DNA from: Octopus sinensis
Lineage: Eukaryota
DNA length: 7,004 nucleotides
Direction: 5' to 3'
Assembly (NCBI RefSeq): GCF_006345805.1
Contig: NW_021829090.1
Location: forward strand, 1-7,004
Shown: positions 1-6,151 of the stretch, piece after piece
How the letters are laid out: the number at the start of each line of letters is the position of its first letter
Position numbering within the stretch: position 1 is the first letter of the stretch
Program-made: the position numbers and the translations under genes
The notes under the pieces: model-generated
What the model was told of the DNA's origin: nothing
Database searches by the model: none
The model's input: only the letters and a program-made list of their open reading frames with translations

Positions 1-70
1 ATATCAAACTCCATTCTTCACCAAGTGCCACATATTTGACAAGGTTCGTCGTAATAACAGTGTAGCACAA

Positions 71-123
71 AACGGCGGTGCATCTGCATGGCCGCAGCTG
101 TGAGCTGAAACTAGAAAAAAAAA
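71..123 (+). repeat. SINE/LINE 3' tail fragment ending in an A-run
   Basis: GGCGGTGCATCTGCATGGCCGCAGCTGTGAGCTGAAACTAG-A9 matches the 3' tail of the SINE at 3998-4396 (minus strand GGCGGTGCTCCAGTATGGCCGCAGTCAAATGACTGAAACAAG). Confidence 0.75.
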
Positions 124-293
124 TATGTAATTTTCTAGCTGGTGTAATTTAATTATTCATTTTAAATTTATTAGAGGTGGGTTTTTCTAATATTTTATAT
201 ATATTATTTTGTGTGGAATTTGATTTAGTATTTCTAAATTGAATTCTTTTTCCTTGTAAGTTTGGATTTTATTCCCTCAAATAATAATAATTA

Positions 294-380
294 TTATATA
301 TATACGTATATATGTCTATGCATAAATATGTATATATATGTATATATGAATATATGTGTATATATATGTACATATATATG
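294..380. repeat. Degenerate (TA)n/(TATG)n microsatellite
   Basis: Directly visible low-complexity TA/TG tract. Confidence 0.9.
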
Positions 381-574
381 TCTTTTGGATAAATATTAAT
401 AAGTGTTATTTCCGAAAGCATAAGTACTATTCTTTTTCTGGAATTATTGGCGAATCCTGTTACACTTGAATACTAGTTTTATTTCCTTATTTTTTATACA
501 CCCTGGTACCCCGGAAGAAAGATTAACCCACCAATTATACAGTCCCCTGTACCAGATCGGATGTGCTATAAAAG

Positions 575-841
575 ATTAAATAAAAGAAATACGCACTTTT
601 TAAAGCCTAGCCAGGCTCATGGGCCCGGTTTCCCGGTTTCTATGGCGTATGTGTTCCCCAGCTGGACGAGACGCCAGTCCATCGCAGCATTACTCATTTT
701 TTGCCAGCTGAGTGGACTGGAGCAACGCGAAATGAAGTGTTTTGCTCAAGAACACAACGCGTCGCCCGGTCCAGGAATCGAAACTGCAATCTTACAATTA
801 TGATGCTGACACCCTAATCACTAAGCCACGCGCCTCCACGA
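575..841 (-). mobile_element. tRNA-derived SINE (~265 bp), full length, with 8-bp TSD
   Basis: Minus strand has an A box TGGCTTAGTGA (818-828) and a B box GTTTCGATTCC (774-784). The body contains TTGTGTTCTTGAGCAAAACACTT and CTGCGATGGACTGGCGTCTCGTCCAG, resembling conserved metazoan SINE central domains. Identical TATAAAAG flanks at 567-574 and 842-849. Confidence 0.88.
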
Positions 842-1084
842 TATAAAAGGTGACGAATATTATTCTCATAATTTTCTTTGGCGGCACCGACTGACATTGG
901 CAGCAGAAACGGCTGTAAGCAATTTTATAGTTTAGTATTAAAAAATAATAACCAAATGGTGGTCAGTTTGTTGATCAAAAGTTTTCCCCATTTCTTTCTT
1001 ATTTTAAATTTGATTCCTGATAAACTCTTGTTTATTCTGTTATTGCCTGTATCTTATAGCATGCTTGCATATCCATGCCCAGGG

Positions 1085-1401
1085 TTAACATAGGTAATTT
1101 ATACCGGTAGTAATAACGGATATTCTTATCCCTTAGATGGCTATTCCAACCGCTAAATCTACTTACCTATAGCTACATGTATATGTGATCAACATGTGAT
1201 CTCTTGAGCACCACCAGCAAAAAAATTTTTTCCTCTGTCTTCCCTTCTCGGGATCTTTCCTTCTCCTTTGTTTCCGACGAAGAGATCCGCTCGAAACGTT
1301 AAACCCTCCTTCCCTTCTTTCCTGAGCGTCAAATAATACTGTAATTGTTCCACGTCCTCGCGTTGCTGTGTTTTTTTCTGTGTTTTCTTGTTTGGATTAA
1401 C
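1085..1401 (+). mobile_element. Penelope-type pseudo-LTR / hammerhead-bearing repeat fragment (copy C)
   Basis: Contains a hammerhead-like motif followed by GAGCGTCAAA-TAATAC..TTGTTC, a block shared with 3252-3433 (-) and 5883-6047 (+). Ends directly at (TA)n. The 5' boundary is uncertain. Confidence 0.6.
1270..1304 (+). ncRNA. Minimal type-I hammerhead ribozyme-like motif (core CCGACGA, U4C variant)
   Basis: GUUU-CCGACGA-A-GAG(AUCCG)CUC-GAAA-CGU-U-AAAC: stem I GUUU/AAAC, stem II GAG/CUC, GAAA, and palindromic ACGU in place of stem III as in dimeric Penelope-associated hammerheads. Confidence 0.7.

Positions 1402-1439
<38 letters not shown>
1402..1439. repeat. (TA)n microsatellite
   Basis: Directly visible. 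Confidence 0.97.
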
Positions 1440-1440
<1 letters not shown>

Positions 1441-1639
1441 CGGAGATGTACTTGCATAGCAAGTGACATTATCTGAGATCGTGTGCTGAAACAAAAACAA
1501 TTGCAGCGTAGAAGGTGTTTATAAGCCATTTAAGAAACACACAAAAAACCGTTAGATTCACTTCAACATTTAATTTGATTTGTCAAAATATTTTCATCGC
1601 TTGAAACCGCGACCTGTTCACTTACAAATTCCATGTTGC
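1440..1639 (-). mobile_element. ~200-bp hammerhead-bearing element embedded in (TA)n (copy D)
   Basis: Complex sequence bounded on both sides by (TA)n and carrying a hammerhead-like fold near its minus-strand 5' end. Mobile status is inferred from context. Confidence 0.55.
1579..1628 (-). ncRNA. Minimal type-I hammerhead-like motif with G3-C8 swapped core (GUGAACA)
   Basis: Minus strand UUUGUAA-GUGAACA-G-GUCGC(GGUUUCAA)GCGAU-GAAA-AUAU-U-U-UGACAAA: stem I 6 of 7 bp, 5-bp stem II, GAAA, palindromic AAUAUU stem III. Confidence 0.62.
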
Positions 1640-1664
1640 ATATATATACATATATATGTGTGTG

Positions 1665-1741
<77 letters not shown>

Positions 1742-1759
1742 TATATATATATATATATA
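1640..1759. repeat. Interrupted (TA)n/(TG)n microsatellite
   Basis: Directly visible. Confidence 0.97.
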
Positions 1760-2075
1760 AGTGGGAGTGAGTGTGTGTTTGTGTATGTGTGTGTATGGTT
1801 GTGACTGCAAGACTATATAACAGAAACAAGAGGATAATGTTTTGCGCATGGCATTTATGAAACTAAATTATCGATGAATAAATTTTTGTCTTTATGCCGT
1901 TCAGAATATAATTGTGATTGATCTAGAAACTTCTAGGGAACGAAAATGCAAAAATAACAATTGGAATGTCACGTGATAATGTATTGTTTTCAAATTATTC
2001 CCGTTATCTTTCATTTCATGCAAACAAATGACTAAATAATACGAAATAAATAAGTTTAATAGTAATAAACAACTT

Positions 2076-2212
2076 ACATACACAAACACACACGCATATA
2101 TATATATATATATATAATATATTATATATATATATATATATATTAAAATGTACCCACATGCGTATATAACAATGTTAAATAGAAAACTAATTTGCATACA
2201 TACAACACGCAG

Positions 2213-2261
<49 letters not shown>

Positions 2262-2378
2262 GTATATACATTTAATGTGCATATCTACACATAATAATAT
2301 GCATGCCAATTCACGCATCTGCAAATATATTCACAAATACTTAATATATAGAAATATATGCATATGAGTCTGTGTAGT

Positions 2379-2431
<53 letters not shown>

Positions 2432-2661
2432 GTATATATATATATATATGCATACATATATGTGCACACACACATATATAACCATGAAAACGTATATATA
2501 ATAAATAAAATATAAATATTCACAACATATGAACAAATATTTAAATATACATACGTATATGCACACGCGCGCTCGATAATATATATATACACAAACAGAA
2601 ATTTTGGAAGCTAGTTAAATAGGAAAGAAGAAAAGGCGAGAAATATACATGCATGCATACT

Positions 2662-2716
<55 letters not shown>

Positions 2717-2763
2717 ACATGTATACGTGCATATATGTGCATATATATATATATATATATATA
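2076..2763. repeat. Cluster of (TA)n arrays (~2096-2142, 2213-2260, 2383-2449, 2665-2713, 2741-2763) in alternating purine/pyrimidine low-complexity DNA
   Basis: Directly visible. Source of the YIYIYI ORFs. Confidence 0.93.
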
Positions 2764-3013
2764 CTTTCAACAATATTAAGGAATAACCCTGATAGGCCAT
2801 TCGACTCACTAGAAAGAGCAGCCAAACCCAAACTGCTAAATAGTAGTAATTCAGAAATCAAAGGAAAATTAAAAACATTTACCCTAATCATCCTTGGACA
2901 ATGCATTGTTTCGACATACTTTTCGGCAAACCAGCCTAATTAACTTAAATTAAACTTAATCAAGTCAATCTACTACTGGCTAGTCTCATCGGCAAGGAGG
3001 CCAGGAGGAATAA

Positions 3014-3052
3014 ATATTCCACGAGGCAGCCGCGTCGATGCCTCGGGAATAT
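3014..3052. other. GC-rich inverted repeat / hairpin
   Basis: ATATTCC-A-CGAGGCA (loop GCCGCGTCGA) TGCCTCG-GGAATAT: 14 bp with a single bulge. Confidence 0.8.
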
Positions 3053-3103
3053 ATACTCTAAATTTTCAAAATCTACCGTAATTCTCTTTCTCACTGGACC
3101 GGT

Positions 3104-3139
3104 GGTGGCGAAAACATTTCTATTGAATTTTTTGCCACC
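3104..3139. other. Second inverted repeat / hairpin
   Basis: GGTGGCGAAAA pairs with TTTTTGCCACC (11 bp including one G-U). Confidence 0.7.
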
Positions 3140-3150
3140 CCTATATTGAT

Positions 3151-3185
<35 letters not shown>

Positions 3186-3210
3186 TAATAATATATATAT
3201 ATATATATAA

Positions 3211-3251
<41 letters not shown>
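3151..3251. repeat. Interrupted (TA)n microsatellite
   Basis: Directly visible. Confidence 0.97.
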
Positions 3252-3254
<3 letters not shown>

Positions 3255-3433
3255 TGAAATTTCTAGAAGGACAAAAGACAGGTGTATGAACAACAAGCAA
3301 GTGTATTAGTTTGACGTTCTGAAAAGATGAAAAAGTCCTTAACGTTTCGAACCTTCGCTCTTCGACAGAAAGGAGTAAGAAGAAATACACTGAGAGAGAA
3401 TGATAACACGTGTTGAGTTCAGCGGTCCAGCAT
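3252..3433 (-). mobile_element. Penelope-type pseudo-LTR (copy A), inverted relative to the ORF remnant; may extend toward ~3780
   Basis: Its reverse complement aligns by eye with 5883-6047: ATGCTGGACCGCTGA...CCTTTCTGTYGAAGA...CGTCAAACTAAT...CTTGTTGTTCATAC.CCTGTCTT...AAATTTCA, then (TA)n. Confidence 0.8.
3337..3372 (-). ncRNA. Minimal type-I hammerhead-like motif (core CUGUCGA, A6U variant)
   Basis: Minus strand CUUU-CUGUCGA-A-GAGC(GAAG)GUUC-GAAA-CGU-U-AAGG: stems I and II each have one G-U pair; palindromic ACGU. Confidence 0.7.
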
Positions 3434-3997
3434 ATATTATATACATCTCCCAGGCATTACTCATTACAATTCGTCTGGGCCGAACAACCCTTAATGTTTG
3501 TCTTTGTAGGCTGTTTACCCCGTTGGTACCCTTTGTCTTCGTTTGCTTGTTCGAAGCTCTAACTTTTCATGAAATTTATATTTTAGAAATTTCCGGATGC
3601 TGCTGTCTTATGAAGCTTCCTTATATTGTCGTAAAAAGCACGAAATAGGGAGTAATAAAGAGTCCGACAACCGATGAGGAGTTATCTTCTTTTGGCATTT
3701 TGTCCTGTACCTTTCTCTCGTGTGTCTACATATTTTTCACTCATCGGTGATTTGTGGTGGGGGGTTAAATACAATTTATTACTGGGCTCGCGATTTCTTG
3801 CTAACTTAGTAATGGAGTATTTAGAATTGAGAAAAATCACCACAAAAATACGGATACTAATTTTAACAATGCATATGAGAGAACTGGGTAAATATATTTG
3901 GATGATTACTTTATCCTTTGGAAGGAAATCATTGATAAACTGTTCGAACACAGATCAAAGGCTTAAATCCTAATATTTAATTCTGAATTTTCCATTT

Positions 3998-4396
3998 ACT
4001 CTTTAACTCTTTTACTTGTTTCAGTCATTTGACTGCGGCCATACTGGAGCACCGCCTTTAATCGAGCAAGTCGACCCCGGGACTTATTCTTTTGTAAGCC
4101 CAGTACTTATTCTATCGGTCTCTTTTGCCGAACCGCTAAGTAACGGGGACATAAACACACCAGCATCGGTTGTCAAGCAATGCTAGGGGGACAAACACAG
4201 ACACACACATATATATATATATATACATATATACGACGGGCTTCTTTCAGTTTCCGTCTACCAAATCCACTCACAAGGCTTTGGTCGGCCCGGGGCTATA
4301 GTAGAAGACACTTGCCCAAGGTGCCATACAGTGGGACTGAACCCGGAACCATGTGGTTGGTAAACAAGCTACTTACCACACACCCACTCCTGCGCC
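3998..4396 (-). mobile_element. tRNA-derived SINE (~400 bp, CORE-like block, internal TA/TG microsatellite), full length, TSD CATTT
   Basis: Minus-strand head GGCGCAGGAGTGGGTGTGTGGTAAG (A box 4376-4386), B box GGTTCAGTCCC (4333-4343), CCTTGGGCAAG (4311-4321) and an AAAGAGT-repeat tail. CATTT is duplicated at 3993-3997 and 4397-4401. Confidence 0.92.
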
Positions 4397-5238
4397 CATT
4401 TGTCAATATTTCAATAACAGAAAAGTCAATAACCAAGTTGAAACCGATATTTATTAGAAGCCCACAGACTCCTATTGTTTGGTTCACGCCACCCGAAGCA
4501 CATTAGAATAAATGTCCCGTTCAATGCAGAGTAACGCATTTGCGGAATGGCGTCTGGTAAACATACCCGGGATGTGCGACTTGATGAACTTAAAGTCACA
4601 GTACTCGAGAGACATTGTCCACTGTCGCTAATAGATAATGGGATACAACTTGCCGAAAGAATTGATATCCAGACATTCAGAGATGTAAAATGAAATAGCA
4701 CACCAGATTTAAAACTACTGCTCCATATTTCTACACACAACCTTAGAAATGGTGAATCATATAACAACACTATACGAAATTTACCTATGATAACTAAATT
4801 CTTCGTAGACACAAATGCATTGAAAGTAAAGGACCAAATATATTAAAGAGAATACCGTCAGCAGCGAAATTATACCCAACAACAACAACGGAATCTATGG
4901 TTTAAAAATGCGGGTGACATGATTTTGGTTCACGTCTCTACCTAATGGAGGTTTCGGAATACCATTTTAAACAAGGACAAAGATTCAAAATTAAGACTAA
5001 GTCTACCTGTGTGCCTGAAAAGCTTAATTTACTTCGTGACTTGTTCAGGATGTGAACACAGCCATAAGAGTAAAAAAATAATGTCTTCCAGACGGAGAAT
5101 AATGCCGCATAAGGGAGAAATTTTTTTTACCCGAGATGGAGACAAATACAATTAAGTGAACACATAAAGCGATGTGCTGGGTGTCTCCAAACAATCTTCA
5201 AAGTTTTCCCTATTTACCAATGCATTGGAGCAGCAGCT

Positions 5239-5380
5239 ATTCTTTTATTCATTTATCGGTTTCAGTCATTTGACCGCGGCCATGCTGGAGCACCGCCATT
5301 TAGTCGAAGAAATCGAACTTCTTTCGAACTCTTTTGCCGAACCGCTAGGTTACATACCGAACCGCTGTACAACATCGGTT
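5239..5380 (-). mobile_element. 5'-truncated, rearranged copy of the same SINE family as 3998-4396
   Basis: TTTCAGTCATTTGACCGCGGCCATGCTGGAGCACCGCC, CTCTTTTGCCGAACCGCTA and CATCGGTT match blocks within 4019-4170. Confidence 0.9.
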
Positions 5381-5778
5381 AAATAAACAGGCTACATTTA
5401 ATAAAAGTTCTCAACCGCACCTGAATATGTATATATAACCAATTTTGGACAATGAAAATATTTTAGCTCATAAATATAAAAATCTTTAATATACATATAA
5501 TCAATTCATTTTCATAAAGCAGATAATTTCCTCCGTTATATCTAATAACAATAACTAATTACCTCCCAAAAATTGATTACATCCCAATTCATTTACAAAA
5601 GAATTATTCCTGCCTCTCACATGAAATGAAAACCTATTATCATGGCGCTAATTATAACATTATCAATAACTACTTCGTCATAATTAGCAAGGACGAAACC
5701 AGTTGGCTCTGTAGATATTTTATTTCATCCAAATATATGCGTTTTCCAGAGTAAAATTTCTGTGCATTTTCCATTGTC

Positions 5779-5779
<1 letters not shown>

Positions 5780-5839
<60 letters not shown>

Positions 5840-5867
5840 TGTGTGTCTGTGTGTCTGTGTCTGTGTG
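5780..5867. repeat. (TG)n microsatellite grading into (TGTC)-type repeats
   Basis: Directly visible. Confidence 0.97.
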
Positions 5868-5882
5868 CCTGTATGTATGTCC

Positions 5883-6047
5883 ATGCTGGACCGCTGAGAT
5901 TTGTTTATTTTCTCTTGTTCCTTTCTGTTGAAGAACGTAGGCTCGAAATGTAAAAGCTTTTTCCATTTTACCCGAGCGTCAAACTAATTCTCTTACTTGT
6001 TGTTCATACCCCTGTCTTCCTCTTTTGTTTTTCTATAAATTTCAGCT
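5883..6047 (+). mobile_element. Penelope-type pseudo-LTR (copy B), same orientation as the ORF remnant
   Basis: Inverted homolog of 3252-3433; contains a hammerhead-like motif; ends at (TA)n. Confidence 0.8.
5921..5956 (+). ncRNA. Minimal type-I hammerhead-like motif (core CUGUUGA, A6U variant; partly decayed)
   Basis: CUUU-CUGUUGA-A-GAAC(GUAG)GCUC-GAAA-UGU-A-AAAG: perfect stem I CUUU/AAAG, one mismatch in stem II, ACGU changed to AUGU. Confidence 0.62.
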
Positions 6048-6077
6048 ATATATATATATATATTATATATATATATA
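6048..6077. repeat. (TA)n microsatellite; mariner insertion site
   Basis: Directly visible. It supplies the TA target adjacent to the TIR. Confidence 0.95.
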
Positions 6078-6105
6078 TTACGTTGTCAAAGTTCTTGCGG
6101 TTTTT
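6078..6105. repeat. Mariner terminal inverted repeat (3' end of the element)
   Basis: TA|TTACGTTGTCAAAGTTCTTGCGGTTTTT resembles the Hsmar1-type TIR TTAGGTTGGTGCAAAAGTAATTGCGGTTTT; located ~45 bp past the transposase stop. Confidence 0.85.
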
Positions 6106-6151
6106 AACCTTTAAACCCAAATTCACATATCTCGGCTCAAACAAAACTTTA

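Larger units (their letters stand above)
3790..5438 (+). pseudogene. Decayed, 5'-truncated Penelope-like element ORF (reverse transcriptase C-half, thumb, GIY-YIG endonuclease)
   Basis: Motifs occur in the expected order across frameshifts: LANLVMEYLE (3797-3826); YLDDYFILW (from 3895); LNPNI; FPF|VNISI (split by the SINE); ETDIY*KPTD (4440-4469); SRHPKHIRINVPFN..RIC (from 4484); RLDELK..LERHCPLSLIDNGI; FKIKTKSTC; LIYFVTCSGC (5024-5053, YIG degenerate); LSEHIKRC; terminal QPHLN then stop (5412-5438). Confidence 0.9.

Noticed and set aside
125-293. AT-rich stretch ending in (TA)n as another pLTR tail
   Set aside because: Context is suggestive, but there is no motif or second copy in this window to support it.
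561-803. 80-aa ORF (also 4180-4506 and 5174-5386)
   Set aside because: These lie mainly antisense across SINE sequence.
770-841. tRNA gene (also 4325-4396)
   Set aside because: A and B boxes continue into SINE bodies with TSDs; no convincing cloverleaf.
891-919. CTGAC...GAAAC...GTA as a fifth hammerhead
   Set aside because: The core lacks GA at positions 8-9, and stems I and II do not form properly.
2789-2815. CTGATAG...GAAA as a hammerhead
   Set aside because: Wrong core and no stem II or stem III.
1563-2943. ORFs rich in YIYIYI, CVCV or THTH
   Set aside because: Translations of (TA)n and (TG)n microsatellites, which lack stop codons.
3671-3693. CCGATGA-GGAG(TTAT)CTTC as a hammerhead
   Set aside because: Followed by TTTT rather than GAAA.
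4426-4812. 128-aa minus-strand ORF (also 3682-3951 -)
   Set aside because: Antisense shadows of the Penelope ORF remnant.
5670-5966. ORFs 5670-5966 (-) and 5762-5953 (+)
   Set aside because: They span the (TG)n array and the pLTR; no coding signal.
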